Notes under the pieces: model-generated
Database searches by the model: none
Seen by the model: the letters and a program-made list of their open reading frames with translations, nothing else
Told to the model about the DNA's origin: nothing
In this document: positions 41,605-52,800 of the stretch, one piece after another
How positions within the stretch are numbered: the first letter of the stretch is position 1
Layout: each line of letters opens with the position of its first letter
Assembly: GCA_019358915.1 (NCBI GenBank)
Contig: JAHHIM010000001.1
Coordinates: 232,386-296,385 of the forward strand
Reading direction: 5' to 3'
Source of the DNA: Trichormus sp. ATA11-4-KO1
GTDB lineage: Bacteria > Cyanobacteriota > Cyanobacteriia > Cyanobacteriales > Nostocaceae
Length of the DNA stretch: 64,000 nt
Program-made: the position numbers and the translations under genes

Positions 41605-41713
41605 TATGGAAATGCCATCTGATTTATGAAAAGTATTTTTTTAACAGCAGAGGCACGTAGCACTCAAAGAAATTAAGAAAGATTTTGATGAATGATTTAG
41701 TAGGATTGCTATA
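41605..41713. mobile_element. Degenerate MITE remnant (TATAGCAATCC-type ends)
   Basis: Right end ATGATTTAGTAGGATTGCTATA; decayed left end TATGGAAATGCCATCTGATTTATGAA. Confidence 0.45.
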
Positions 41714-41750
41714 TCTGCTTGGTGATTACATTTAAAATTGCAAATTTTAT

Positions 41751-44228
41751 ATGTCAGACGATAATTTTACCGCTACTGTAACTCAAGAATCTCTCGACTC
41801 ACAATTATCTCAGCGATCGCCTATTAGTTCTCTACGGGAGAAGAGTTTAAAAATTCGCAATAGTCTCCGCCAAGGACAACAGCAAATGGCTGACTGGGAA
41901 TCTGGGCCACTAGCTGTTTCTGCGGTTCCTGGGGCTGGTAAATCTACAGGAATGGCGGCGGCGGCGGCGATCGCGATCGCCCGTCAGTACGAGATTCCCA
42001 TTGAGTTACGCCCGTCTTCTCGACGTCAAATTGTAGTTGTCACCTTTACTCGTTCAGCAGCTGCCAATATTAAAGCCAAGATTCGCAAATACTTACGAGA
42101 AGATTTATCTCTACCTCAAACGGGGTTTGCTGTCTATACTCTGCATGGTCTAGCTTTGAACATTGCTAGCCGTCATCCTGAGTTATCGGGTTTACAGTTA
42201 GAAAATGTCACATTAATTACACCAAGCCAAAGCCACCGCTTCATTCGCACAGCAGTAGAACAATGGATTAATCACAATCCAGGAGATTACTTACGGTTGC
42301 TAGAAGGTCATCAATTTGATGGAGAAGAGACAGAACGGTTACGTCGTCAATCAGTACTCAGAACAGAAGTGTTACCAGATTTGGCTATCAGTGTGATCCA
42401 TGAAGCCAAAAGTTCTGGGATATTGCCAGAAAAACTGCGGGAGTGGAGTCAACAAACCACAGACGAATATGCAATTTTGCGGGTAGCGGCGGGGCTGTAC
42501 GAACAATATCAAAATTTAATGCGATCGCGTGACTTTATCGACTACGACGATATGATTTTAGCTGCCCTGCGTGTCCTCGAAAATGACAGCGCCCGTCGCC
42601 TCGAGCAAAACCAAGTTTTCGCCGTCTTTGAAGACGAAGCCCAAGATTCTAGCCCTTTACAAACACGGTTGTTAGAGATTTTGGCAAGTGATGAAGGAGA
42701 TGAGGGGGACAAAGGGACAAGGGGACAAGAAAAATTAAAGCCAAACTTTCTCCCTATCCCCCTATCTCCCCACTCCCCTCACTCAGCACTCAGCACTCAG
42801 CACTCAGCACTCAATTTAGTCCGAGTTGGTGACCCTAACCAAGCAATTAACTCGACGTTTACGCCAGCTGATCCGATTTATTTTCGGCAATTTTGTGAGG
42901 AGTGCGATCGCGTTGGTAAACTGGCAACAATGGATCAAGCTGGCCGCAGTACGCGCATTATTATTGCAGCTGCTAACTTTGCCCTGGAATGGGTGAATAG
43001 CTGTTATCAAGCCAAAAATCAACAATCTCCCGCATCTCCCTTTCGTCCTCAGAAAATTCGCCCTGTTGATAGTGATGACCCACAAACAAATGCTAACCCA
43101 GCACCAGTAGGACGAGGGCTAGAACTGTATACACCACGAGATATTCATCATACAGTTGAGTTAATTTCCCAAAGAGTGATTGAGTTATTTGCTCAAGATC
43201 CAACAAAAATTAATGCAGCGATTTTAGTGCGGGAAAATCGCCAAGGAAGATGGCTAGCAGAGGCTCTTGCACCTATATGTAAAGAGCATAAAATTACACT
43301 TTATGATGTAGGAGAAAGTGATCGCCGTTCTCATATTCCCCAAGAAATTTTGGCATTACTGCAATTTTGCGATCGCCCCCATTCCCCTGATTACCTCAAA
43401 GCTTCTTTAGAAGTACTGGTACAGCGTCAATTAATTCCCACCCAAGACCTCAACGCCCTCGCTAGTCTACCAGAAGAATTTTTATATCCCGGCCCTCTAG
43501 CCCCACCTCAACTAGAGCCAGTGCAAAAAGCCGCTCACTTATGTCGCAGTTTACTCCGCGCTCGGTTGGAACTGCCTTTATATCAGCTAATTTCCTTTCT
43601 AGCTTTAACGTTAAATTATGACAAAGGCGAACTAGCAACTGCGGATAAACTCGCAGAACGAGTTAATCAGCAAATAGCTGGTAATAGTTCCATGGGAGCG
43701 ATGCTATCAGCTTTAAGTGATATCGTCAGTTCCGAACGGTTTGAACCTGTAGAAGCAGAGGATGCAGAAGCGGAAGAACGTTACACCCGTCGTGGACAAC
43801 TGACCATTATCACCATGCACAAAGCCAAAGGTCTAGACTGGGATTATGTTTTTCTACCCTTTTTACACGAAAATTTGATTCCCGGACGGTTTTGGGTTCC
43901 TCCCAAAAGCCAGTTTTTAGGTGACTTTACCTTATCAGAAGTAGCTCGCGCCCAAATTCGGGCTGCTCTCCACGGTGAATCTGATATACCCAATGTCACT
44001 CAAGCATGGGAACAGGCAAAAAATTTAAAAACGTCTGAAGAGTATCGTTTACTTTACGTAGCCATGACACGGGCAAAGCGCTTATTATGGATGTCTGCGT
44101 CCCAAAAAGCACCCTTTACGTGGAGTAAACCAGAGAATTTACAAGAACAAGCGCCTTGTCCAGTGTTTCCGGCATTAAAACGCCAGTTTCCTAAATGTGT
44201 TGTTACTATGACAACATCTCCTCAATAA
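41751..44228 (+). CDS. UvrD/REP-family ATP-dependent helicase with in-frame STRR insert
   Basis: AVPGAGKS, DEAQD, VGDPNQAI, TMHKAKGLDWD, LLYVAMTRAK. Confidence 0.93.
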   Translation: MSDDNFTATVTQESLDSQLSQRSPISSLREKSLKIRNSLRQGQQQMADWESGPLAVSAVPGAGKSTGMAAAAAIAIARQYEIPIELRPSSRRQIVVVTFTRSAAANIKAKIRKYLREDLSLPQTGFAVYTLHGLALNIASRHPELSGLQLENVTLITPSQSHRFIRTAVEQWINHNPGDYLRLLEGHQFDGEETERLRRQSVLRTEVLPDLAISVIHEAKSSGILPEKLREWSQQTTDEYAILRVAAGLYEQYQNLMRSRDFIDYDDMILAALRVLENDSARRLEQNQVFAVFEDEAQDSSPLQTRLLEILASDEGDEGDKGTRGQEKLKPNFLPIPLSPHSPHSALSTQHSALNLVRVGDPNQAINSTFTPADPIYFRQFCEECDRVGKLATMDQAGRSTRIIIAAANFALEWVNSCYQAKNQQSPASPFRPQKIRPVDSDDPQTNANPAPVGRGLELYTPRDIHHTVELISQRVIELFAQDPTKINAAILVRENRQGRWLAEALAPICKEHKITLYDVGESDRRSHIPQEILALLQFCDRPHSPDYLKASLEVLVQRQLIPTQDLNALASLPEEFLYPGPLAPPQLEPVQKAAHLCRSLLRARLELPLYQLISFLALTLNYDKGELATADKLAERVNQQIAGNSSMGAMLSALSDIVSSERFEPVEAEDAEAEERYTRRGQLTIITMHKAKGLDWDYVFLPFLHENLIPGRFWVPPKSQFLGDFTLSEVARAQIRAALHGESDIPNVTQAWEQAKNLKTSEEYRLLYVAMTRAKRLLWMSASQKAPFTWSKPENLQEQAPCPVFPALKRQFPKCVVTMTTSPQ

Positions 44229-44252
44229 TTTGCGGCGTTGCATACAGAACAT

Positions 44253-44363
44253 GGCGTTGCTGAATCAGAATATGAAATGCTAAAATCACCCTGATTTTTC
44301 TTTGTACCTTTGCGCCTTTGCGCCTTTGCGCGAGATAAATTCATATTTTCAATCAGCAACGCC
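44253..44363. mobile_element. 111-bp MITE with GGCGTTGCTGA TIRs and 8-bp target-site duplication
   Basis: TIR GGCGTTGCTGAATCAGAATATGAA / TTCATATTTTCAATCAGCAACGCC; DR CAGAACAT at 44245-44252 and 44364-44371. Confidence 0.9.
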
Positions 44364-44379
44364 CAGAACATTAATCAAG

Positions 44380-45246
44380 TCAATCCGCAGATTTAATATT
44401 TTGGATCAGTCCTTGCACCTCATCAAGATGATTTAGTGTCATGATTCCACGCTGAATGACCTTCAATTTCTCTAAATCAGCAATTTCCGTAATTTCTGGC
44501 ATTAATTGTAATCCCTCTGTGCCAAATCTGACTTCTAAACTCATCTCAATGCTGGAGATTCTATCCTCTAGCCGTCCTCGTTGTTTGCCTTCTTTTAAAA
44601 TTTGTTGATACCAAGGAGACTCATGTAACACCGCCATATCCCACCTCATAATTTGTTGAACTAAAGCGCTGTCTATAACAAAGGTAGCAAAAAAGGCTAA
44701 TACGGTTTCTAATTGGCTTAATTGTTCGTCAGCGCGAAGTATTTGTAATGCTTGCTGTATTGTAGATTCATCATCTCCTCCTTTAAGTATTGGCACAAAA
44801 GGAAGCAAAGATGGAATTTATTGTTGAAAGGCTATTTGTGCATCTACTTCCCAAAGGTTGATCACCCGATAATCTTGACGAGCAATCAATCCTTCTATAT
44901 TTGATTCATAACATGTTGGGATTTCGTTATTACTTGCCTTAAGCAGGTTAATTAATACAGGATAGGTGGATAATTTATACTTTTCCTCAGCCAAGGCGGC
45001 ATATGCTCGCATTCGTACTGGCATTTCTGGTTTATAACGCAACTGTAGCTCATTCAGCACCAAAAATTTACCAGATTGAGGACTTTCGACACGGATTAGT
45101 ACATCACTTTCTCTACTAATCCATTGAAATTCAGAGTTAAGAATTTCCCTGACTACAATGTTGGGAATTTGTGTTACCCATCTTACCCATTTGTCGGGTG
45201 CGAGGCTGATTAGTCGTTTAGTGCTGACATCGGCGGGTTTGGTCAT
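44380..45246 (-). pseudogene. Rpn/YhgA-like (PD-(D/E)xK) putative transposase-nuclease with in-frame nonsense codon
   Basis: MTKPADVSTKRLISLAP...FQQ*IPSLLPFVPILKGG...ESPWYQQI; both ORF halves are in one frame, TAA at 44818-44820. Confidence 0.85.
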
Positions 45247-45429
45247 CTGGTAAATGCAACTTTGTGGCGTGTGCAATCTGGGACTAATTCTAATAGAACT
45301 GACGCACTCGTGAGGCAAAACATGACTTTGTAATTATTTTCTGGCGATCGCTATGTTTAAACCCCTGATTTCTATTACCATTCCAGCAAATAGTATATAA
45401 TTATGGATTGTGTCGAATTAAAGCCAGCC

Positions 45430-45627
45430 ATGCCTAAACTCAAAACTCGTAAAGCAGCGGCCAAGCGATTCCGCGCCACCGGTAGCGGTAAAATCGTCCG
45501 TCGCAAAGCTTTCAAAAACCACCTTTTAGAACACAAGACTTCTAGCAAAAAGCGTAACTTGTCCAAAACTACATTGGTAAACGAACGCGATGAAGAAAAT
45601 GTGCGTTTAATGCTTCCTTATTTGTAA
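45430..45627 (+). CDS. rpmI: 50S ribosomal protein L35
   Basis: [14 protein letters not shown]...LMLPYL. Confidence 0.97.
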   Translation: MPKLKTRKAAAKRFRATGSGKIVRRKAFKNHLLEHKTSSKKRNLSKTTLVNERDEENVRLMLPYL

Positions 45628-45646
45628 GTTCTTCAGGAAATAAATT

Positions 45647-46003
45647 ATGACAAGAGTAAAACGCGGTAACGTAGCTCGTAAACGCCGCAATAAAATTCTC
45701 AAACTAGCTAAAGGTTTTCGCGGTTCCCACTCAACTTTGTTTAGAACCGCCAATCAACAAGTGATGAAGGCACTACGTAGTGCTTACCGCGATCGCAAAA
45801 AGAAAAAGCGCGATTTTCGTCGCCTGTGGATCACCCGCATTAATGCTGCTGCTAGACAACATGGTTTGAGCTACAGTCAGTTAATCGGCAATTTGAAAAA
45901 AGCTGATGTGCAACTAAATCGGAAAATGTTGGCGCAATTGGCTGTTCTCGATCCAGCTAGCTTCAGCAAAGTTGCTGAATTAGCAATTCAAGCTAAAGGA
46001 TAA
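45647..46003 (+). CDS. rplT: 50S ribosomal protein L20
   Basis: [28 protein letters not shown]. Confidence 0.98.
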   Translation: MTRVKRGNVARKRRNKILKLAKGFRGSHSTLFRTANQQVMKALRSAYRDRKKKKRDFRRLWITRINAAARQHGLSYSQLIGNLKKADVQLNRKMLAQLAVLDPASFSKVAELAIQAKG

Positions 46004-46015
46004 AGGTGGTAACGG

Positions 46016-46831
46016 ATGAATAACCGATGTAACAGATGGCTCACAATTAATCCGTTACATCTGGTATTATCCGCTACCATTTTTGGGATTGTCTGGTTCT
46101 CAATTCTGGGGACAGGATACATTGTATCTGCCGCCCCAATGCCAGAAATTCAGAGGCGGGGTTATTTAAATATCGCTGTTAAAGATAACTTGCGTCCCTT
46201 GGGATTTAGAGATGACAAAGGGATTTTACAAGGCTTAGAAATTGATATAGCCAAACGTTTGGCATTGGACTTGCTAGGCAAAGCAGATGCTGTCAAGTGT
46301 CAACCCGTAGCCAACCGCGATCGCCTGTCTGTAGTCTTAAATAAAAAAGTTGATTTGGCTATTGCCAGGGTCACAGCCACCGCATCCCGTGCGCGTTTAG
46401 TAAGTTTTAGTGTACCTTACTATTTTGATGGTGCTGTATTAGTGACAAAAAATCCTGATGTGCGTCAGCTAAGTGATTTAGCAAACCAGAAAATTGCCGT
46501 CATCAAAAACTCCAGCACAATTGCCCAAGTGCGATACTATGTGCCAAAAGCCGAGTTAGTGGGAGTAAAGTCTTATGAAGCAGCGCGATCGCTCACGGAA
46601 AGTGATACAGTAGTGGCCTTTGCCGCCGATGCTAGTGTTCTGAGTGGTTGGGTGCAACAATATCCCCAATATCGGCTATTACCAACCAAACTATCAACAG
46701 AACCCTTATCTGTAGTGATGCCCAAAGGATTGCAGTACGATCAGTTAAGACGACAAGTAAATGAAGCGATCGCGCGGTACACAGCAGAAGGTTGGCTCAA
46801 AGAACGAGTTAAATATTGGGGCTTACCTTAA
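46016..46831 (+). CDS. Amino-acid-type ABC substrate-binding protein (family 3)
   Basis: IQRRGYLNIAVK, GLEIDIA, FSVPYY. Confidence 0.88.
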   Translation: MNNRCNRWLTINPLHLVLSATIFGIVWFSILGTGYIVSAAPMPEIQRRGYLNIAVKDNLRPLGFRDDKGILQGLEIDIAKRLALDLLGKADAVKCQPVANRDRLSVVLNKKVDLAIARVTATASRARLVSFSVPYYFDGAVLVTKNPDVRQLSDLANQKIAVIKNSSTIAQVRYYVPKAELVGVKSYEAARSLTESDTVVAFAADASVLSGWVQQYPQYRLLPTKLSTEPLSVVMPKGLQYDQLRRQVNEAIARYTAEGWLKERVKYWGLP

Positions 46832-46833
46832 AT

Positions 46834-46927
46834 GAGTGCTGAGTGCTGAGTGCGCTCGCCCTGAGCGAAGTCGAAGGGGAGTCCTGAGAAAGGGTTGTTA
46901 ATCTTCCCCTGCTCCCCTGCTCCTCAG
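46834..46927. repeat. TGCTGAG STRR with 24-nt insert, plus CCCCTGCT repeats
   Basis: Insert at 46855-46878. Confidence 0.85.
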
Positions 46928-46969
46928 TACCCGATAATATATACAGAATAATATTTCTATTTGCAAGCA

Positions 46970-47494
46970 ATGGATAAAAATCTAGCTATTATTTATCTCT
47001 CAATTTTTGTGGGTTTACTGACATTTGCAGTTGTGAATGTTTTTCGGCAAATTTTCAAAACTCGCAAACGTGAAAGTGCCTTATCACGGTTACGTAAGAA
47101 GTTAGAAAAAGAAAAAGGGACGGCTCAAGAATATTACGAGTTAGCCGGGATATACTCAGAAAAAAAATTATTTTCTCAGGCGGTGGCGTTGTTTCAAAAA
47201 GCTATTAAAGCTGCTGAAGAAGAGGGAGAAGAAAATTGCGCCCCTATTTATAATGGACTCGGTTATGTTTACTTTGGTCAAGAGCAATATGACTTAGCAA
47301 TTCGTCAATACAAAGAAGCTCTGAAACTTAAACCCGACTATGTAACAGCACTGAATAATCTTGGTCATGCTTACGAACGGAAAAAATTAACTGCTCAGGC
47401 GTTACAAATGTATGAAGAAGCACTTAAATTTTCTCCCAATAACCAAACTGCAAAACGTCGTGCTGAATCTTTGCGCCGCTTAGTTTCTGCATAA
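46970..47494 (+). CDS. TPR protein, Ycf37-like
   Basis: N-terminal TM plus three TPRs (YNGLGYVYF, ALNNLGHAYE). Confidence 0.8.
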   Translation: MDKNLAIIYLSIFVGLLTFAVVNVFRQIFKTRKRESALSRLRKKLEKEKGTAQEYYELAGIYSEKKLFSQAVALFQKAIKAAEEEGEENCAPIYNGLGYVYFGQEQYDLAIRQYKEALKLKPDYVTALNNLGHAYERKKLTAQALQMYEEALKFSPNNQTAKRRAESLRRLVSA

Positions 47495-47624
47495 TTGCTC
47501 AGGGACTGACAAAGAAAAAATCTCTCAAATTTTCTTGTTTTATGGGTGTCCCTACCCATCAAATATTCAGCGCGGCAGTAGCATAAAGTAAAACTTGACT
47601 CCTAAAGTCTATTTCGTTAAAGCT

Positions 47625-48230
47625 ATGCCGTACAGTCAATTTACAACTATCACCAAGGTTAAAGAAGCCTTTAATCTTACGACAGTAGAGGGCGTAAGTT
47701 TTTTACCTGCGCTTGACCCGATACCACCAAGTCCTACCTTAGCAGCCATTCTTGAAGAAAATCTCCCCCTGGCAGTGGCTACAGGTAGTGAAAAAGCTAG
47801 ATCCGAGTTAATTATTAGCCCAGTTCTAGTAGAAGTCAGACGGATTTTAAATCGTCAAATTAGTTTGTTTTCCGGGGAAGATTTCAATGTGGATGAATCT
47901 CTGGGACTGAACGGACGTTGTGATTTCCTGATTAGTCGTTCCCCTGAGCTTTTAGCTGTGGAAGCACCTGCGGTGATCATTGTAGAGGCAAAACAAGCGG
48001 ATCTCAAACCCGGTATTGGTCAGTGTGTAGCAGAAATGGTAGCAGCACAGAAATTTAATGCACTCAGGGACAAACCTCTTACCTATATTTATGGGGTTAT
48101 TAGTAATGGTATCCAGTGGCAATTTCTGCAACTAGATGCAACGACGGTGATGGTTGATTTAACAATTTATCCCCTGCCACCAGTAGAGCAGATATTAGGA
48201 TTTTTAGTTTGGATGGTAAAGTATGAGTAA
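47625..48230 (+). CDS. Cyanobacterial PD-(D/E)xK-like hypothetical protein
   Basis: GRCDFLI, IIVEAK, GIGQCVAEM, GVISNG..WQFL. Confidence 0.8.
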   Translation: MPYSQFTTITKVKEAFNLTTVEGVSFLPALDPIPPSPTLAAILEENLPLAVATGSEKARSELIISPVLVEVRRILNRQISLFSGEDFNVDESLGLNGRCDFLISRSPELLAVEAPAVIIVEAKQADLKPGIGQCVAEMVAAQKFNALRDKPLTYIYGVISNGIQWQFLQLDATTVMVDLTIYPLPPVEQILGFLVWMVKYE

Positions 48231-48548
48231 TTGCCTTAGTACAGCTTTGCCTAAATTCGTAGCGAATGGACTCAAACAAACTCTGCGCCCCTCTGCGTTT
48301 AAATTTAAACTCATCAACAAAAATTAATAAAAATATTTGTCAAATCATTAAGAGTTATTTAATTAAACAACATGAATATTGTTAAAAGCAGAGGCTAGAC
48401 TCCATTCAGTCACTAGGTTTGAGCTATTAATTACCAACCCAATCAGCAAAAAGTCCTATTTCTTCCTCACTCCAAGTTTTGAGACAATCAGAAGCGATTT
48501 AATAATCACGCACTCATAGTTATTTGAGTTGAAAAGGGAGAACCAGTC

Positions 48549-50075
48549 ATGAAATTGGCTTACTGGATGTATGCAGGGCCAGCCCACATCGGCACATTGC
48601 GGATTGCTAGTTCGTTTAAAAACGTCCATGCGATTATGCACGCCCCACTAGGCGATGACTACTTTAATGTCATGCGCTCCATGCTATCGCGGGAGAGAAA
48701 CTTTACCCCAGTAACCACCAGTGTTGTTGACCGCAACGTTTTAGCGCGGGGTTCTCAAGAAAAGGTGGTAGATAACATCACCCGCAAAGATGCCGAAGAA
48801 CACCCGGATTTGATTGTGTTGACTCCTACCTGCACCTCTAGCATTTTGCAAGAAGATTTACACAACTTTGTCGAACGGGCGCAGCTGGAAGCAAAAGGTG
48901 ACGTGATGCTAGCGGATGTGAACCACTATCGCTTCAACGAACTGCAAGCAGCCGATCGCACTCTGCATCAAATAGTTCAATACTACATCGAGAAAGCCCG
49001 TAAAAAAGGCGAACTACCAGAAGGCAAAACCGCAAAGCCTTCTGTTAACATCATCGGTAATTCTACTCTTGGTTTCCACAACCAGCACGATTGCACTGAA
49101 CTCAAGCGGCTGATGGCTGACTTAGGAATTGAGATAAATACTATCATTCCCGAAGGTGCTACGGTACATGATTTGAAGAAACTGCCCCAAGCTTGGTTTA
49201 ATCTAGTTCCTTACCGTGAACTTGGCTTAGCGACTGCTAGTTACTTAGAAGAACAATTCGGTACGCCTTATGTAGACATTACGCCGATGGGTGTTGTAGA
49301 AACTGCTCGATGTATTCGCAAGATTCAGCAGGTAATTAACGCCCAAGGTGCTGAAGTTGACTACGAAGACTTCATCAACGAGCAAACTTTGCATGTATCT
49401 CAAGCTGCTTGGTTCTCTCGTTCCATAGACTGTCAAAACTTGACTGGTAAAAAAGCTGTAGTATTTGGTGATAACACCCACGCCGCCGCCATCACCAAGA
49501 TTCTGGCAAGAGAAATGGGGATTCATGTTGTTTGGGCTGGAACCTACTGTAAATATGATGCTGACTGGTTCCGGGAACAAGTTAGTGAATACTGCGATGA
49601 AGTACTGATTACCGACGATCACGGGGAAATTGGCGATGCGATCGCTCGCGTCGAACCCTCCGCCATATTCGGTACTCAGATGGAACGCCACGTTGGTAAA
49701 CGCCTGGATATTCCTTGCGGTGTAATTGCTTCACCCATTCACGTGCAAAACTTCCCCATCGGTTACAAGCCATTTTTGGGTTACGAAGGTACAAATCAGA
49801 TTACAGATTTGATCTATAATTCCTTTACCTTGGGAATGGAAGATCACTTATTAGAAATATTTGGTGGTCACGATACTAAAGAAGTAATTACTAAAGGAAT
49901 TTCTGCGGAATCTGACCTCAACTGGACAAAAGATGGTCAAGCAGAATTAAACAAAATTCCTGGATTTGTTCGGGGTAAAGTGAAGCGCAACACCGAAAAA
50001 TTTGCTCGTGAGCGGGGTATTAAAGAGATTAACGCTGAAGTCCTTTACGCTGCTAAGGAAGCTGTGGGCGCTTAG
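48549..50075 (+). CDS. chlB: Dark-operative protochlorophyllide reductase subunit B
   Basis: [39 protein letters not shown]. Confidence 0.97.
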   Translation: MKLAYWMYAGPAHIGTLRIASSFKNVHAIMHAPLGDDYFNVMRSMLSRERNFTPVTTSVVDRNVLARGSQEKVVDNITRKDAEEHPDLIVLTPTCTSSILQEDLHNFVERAQLEAKGDVMLADVNHYRFNELQAADRTLHQIVQYYIEKARKKGELPEGKTAKPSVNIIGNSTLGFHNQHDCTELKRLMADLGIEINTIIPEGATVHDLKKLPQAWFNLVPYRELGLATASYLEEQFGTPYVDITPMGVVETARCIRKIQQVINAQGAEVDYEDFINEQTLHVSQAAWFSRSIDCQNLTGKKAVVFGDNTHAAAITKILAREMGIHVVWAGTYCKYDADWFREQVSEYCDEVLITDDHGEIGDAIARVEPSAIFGTQMERHVGKRLDIPCGVIASPIHVQNFPIGYKPFLGYEGTNQITDLIYNSFTLGMEDHLLEIFGGHDTKEVITKGISAESDLNWTKDGQAELNKIPGFVRGKVKRNTEKFARERGIKEINAEVLYAAKEAVGA

Positions 50076-50121
50076 TAAAAATCTTTTTTAACTCCTTCTA
50101 CGGCTATTAAAATATCATGGA

Positions 50122-50164
50122 CTCCAGTAAACTATGCTAACCCTTACTACATAGTTTACTGGAG
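50122..50164. terminator. 15-bp perfect-stem hairpin after chlB
   Basis: CTCCAGTAAACTATG-13nt-CATAGTTTACTGGAG. Confidence 0.6.
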
Positions 50165-50286
50165 GCTTTATGCTGTTTTGGCATTACTAAATTTATTCAT
50201 AAATTTGCATGAGACAAAATAACGAAGTGGCGTTTGAGCACAACGAAACCCAACATTCATCAATTCATGATCAATTTGAGCGATCG

Positions 50287-50606
50287 CTCGAAGCATATTT
50301 TCCCCAAGCTATGCAATTCTTTTTTGGGAAGAGTTGAAACAATTTGAGCAGGAGCGCACTATGAGATACGTAACTACAGGTGAACGCATCGGCTACGAGC
50401 GCGGGATACAAGAAGGAGAGCAACAAGGTGAACAACGGCTTATTTTAAGATTATTACAAAGACGAGTAGGGAAATTATCACCAGAACTACAAGAGCGCAT
50501 CCAATCTCTTTCTTTAAATCAATTAGAAAGTTTGGGCGAAGCTTTGTTAGATTTTACTTCTGTGGAGGATTTACTTAACTGGTTGCAAACCAATCAATCA
50601 GCTTAA
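50287..50606 (+). pseudogene. Internally deleted Rpn/DUF4351-family gene
   Basis: N-terminal LEAYFPQAMQFFF joined out of frame to FWEELKQFEQERTM...LESLGEALLDFTSVEDLLNWL. Confidence 0.75.
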
Positions 50607-50715
50607 AATCTATATTTTGGTGTTGCACAAATGTGGGATGAGTTTGATCTTACTCAGTGCTGAGTGTCTTTCTAAGCACTCAGCACTCAGCACTCTTCAT
50701 TCTTGCAAAGCAGTG

Positions 50716-51837
50716 TTAACCCCCAAAACCAGGAATTAGACGTTTCAAGGCGCGACCGACAACATCGCCATAGCGCAGTTCGCCGCACAGGATTTTACCC
50801 ATGATTTGAGCGCCGGAAGGGCGCTTCACTCCCACTTTATAGCCAATACCAGGAAAGCGATAGAATGCACCAGCTAGTTTTTGCGCCCAAGCCATATCAC
50901 TACCCCATTGTTCGTTGATGGCTTCGCTGTATTGTTCTAAAGCATTGATATTACCAGCCAGCGCTTGATCAATTGCATTCGCCGCTAGCAAGCCACTAAA
51001 AATCGATGGGCGAATGCCTTCTGCTGTCATAGGGTCAACAACACAAGCAGCTTCCCCAGCTAAAATAGCGTTTTGGGTATGTAGCTTTTGATTGCCATCC
51101 CACAGACACAGGGGATGACCGTATTGCTTGCTAACTTTGACATCTACATTAAAAGATTGGGCGTACTGATCCAAAATCTTTTTAAAATCTTGGGGTTCAC
51201 CACCAATGAACGTACCTACACCGATTGAATAACCATCAGCCTTAGGGAAGTTCCAGATGTAGCCGTTTTTCACTAAACCAAATTCAAAATGAATAGTGGA
51301 TTTGTCTACCACGTTAGCGGGAATTTCTGCCTCTAAAGCTCCTGCTAAACGGCGTTTGCGTTCTTTGAAGCCTAGCCATTTGGCCATTGGCCCCTTAGCA
51401 CCGTCGGCAGCAATTAAGTAACGACCTGTAACGGGGCCATTAGCTGTGTTTACTTGCCAATAGTCACTTTTAAACTCAATGCCTGTAACTTCTGTATGAT
51501 CGCGTAGTTCGGCTCCTTGTTTCTGGGCTTGCTGCACCAAGAAATGGTCAAAAACATCTCGTCGCACCATCCAAACTGGTTCCTTGGTGGCAATTTTTGC
51601 TTCTATGGGGTCGCCCAATTTCCAGGTGAAGCGAAGGGAATCTGCCTTAACGGAAATTGCTGGGCTAAAGTCAAAGTCAAACCATTGGGCGATCGCTGGC
51701 GATACACCACCGCCACAGGGTTTATATCTTGGCAGGGATTCTTTTTCTAGAACTAATACAGAGTGACCTTTTTTGGCTAAATGATATGCTGCTGTGCCAC
51801 CAGCTGGCCCAGCACCGACGATGATGGTGTCGTACAT
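50716..51837 (-). CDS. Geranylgeranyl reductase family FAD oxidoreductase
   Basis: GAGPAG, PRYKPCGGG, AADGA, GYIWNFPK, AEGIRP. Confidence 0.9.
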   Translation of the reverse strand: MYDTIIVGAGPAGGTAAYHLAKKGHSVLVLEKESLPRYKPCGGGVSPAIAQWFDFDFSPAISVKADSLRFTWKLGDPIEAKIATKEPVWMVRRDVFDHFLVQQAQKQGAELRDHTEVTGIEFKSDYWQVNTANGPVTGRYLIAADGAKGPMAKWLGFKERKRRLAGALEAEIPANVVDKSTIHFEFGLVKNGYIWNFPKADGYSIGVGTFIGGEPQDFKKILDQYAQSFNVDVKVSKQYGHPLCLWDGNQKLHTQNAILAGEAACVVDPMTAEGIRPSIFSGLLAANAIDQALAGNINALEQYSEAINEQWGSDMAWAQKLAGAFYRFPGIGYKVGVKRPSGAQIMGKILCGELRYGDVVGRALKRLIPGFGG

Positions 51838-52176
51838 AATGGCTGAATTTTTGCTCCTGAATTAGTTGATTGTCCAATATATCTTTGTAATCTATATAGA
51901 AACAATCTGACCAGACTGTAACTGATTTTCAGAGGATAGTGCTGATTCTCAGTCTAATTTTTGTAGAAGGTAATTCTTTAATTGCGCCTACAGCAAGGGG
52001 TTGAAATTGGATGTGATGATTCTTTAAATGAGAAAGTGTGATTTATCGCATTAAGATTATTAATTGCATTTAACCGCCACTAAAATACAATTTATCAGTT
52101 CAAATAATTGCAAATTTTTAACTAATTATTGAGGAACTTTATAAATTTTTAGTAAATATTTTTCGCTATAAAATAT

Positions 52177-52213
52177 AAAGGCTAAAGAATAATGTATAAA
52201 TTCTTCAGCCTTT
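52177..52213 (-). terminator. Hairpin downstream of frr
   Basis: AAAGGCTAAAGAAT ... ATTCTTCAGCCTTT. Confidence 0.55.
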
Positions 52214-52251
52214 ATAATAGTTGATATTACCCTACCCCACAAGAACCTTTC

Positions 52252-52800
52252 TTAGACTGTTGAAATGTCTTTTTCTTTTTCAACCAACAATTCATCTATT
52301 TTGGCAGTGTACTTATTGGTCAGTTTTTGCAGTTTATCTTGTTGGTCTTTTGATTCATCTTCCGAGATTTCCGAAGCTTTCTCCTCCTTGCGAATGGAGT
52401 CTAGGGCATCACGGCGGATGTTGCGAATGGCTACGCGACCTTCTTCAGCATACTTAGCAGCGATTTTGACTAATTCTTTCCGGCGATCGCTTGTCAAAGG
52501 CGGAATGTTCAACCGAATTACAGAACCGTCGTTACTAGGTGTTAAACCTACATCAGAGAGGGAAATTGCCTTCTCAACGATGTTTAAGCTGCCTTTATCG
52601 TAAGGCTGAATCAATATTGTCGTGGCATCCGGCGTGCTAATATTCGCCAGCGATTTCAACGGTGTGGGTGAACCATAGTAGTCCACCAAGACTTTATCTA
52701 GCAAACTCGCATTGGCGCGACCAGTGCGAATTGTGTTAAAAGCCCGTAGAGTTGCCTCAACGGTCTTTTGCATCGTACTCTCAGCTTCAGCTAATTTCAC
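52252..52800 (-). CDS. frr: Ribosome recycling factor
   Basis: [25 protein letters not shown] start. Confidence 0.97.
   Translation of the reverse strand: MKLAEAESTMQKTVEATLRAFNTIRTGRANASLLDKVLVDYYGSPTPLKSLANISTPDATTILIQPYDKGSLNIVEKAISLSDVGLTPSNDGSVIRLNIPPLTSDRRKELVKIAAKYAEEGRVAIRNIRRDALDSIRKEEKASEISEDESKDQQDKLQKLTNKYTAKIDELLVEKEKDISTV

Noticed and set aside
4110..46890. Repeated 24-nt element as a CRISPR repeat
   Set aside because: Copies are dispersed singly with no spacer periodicity and no cas genes
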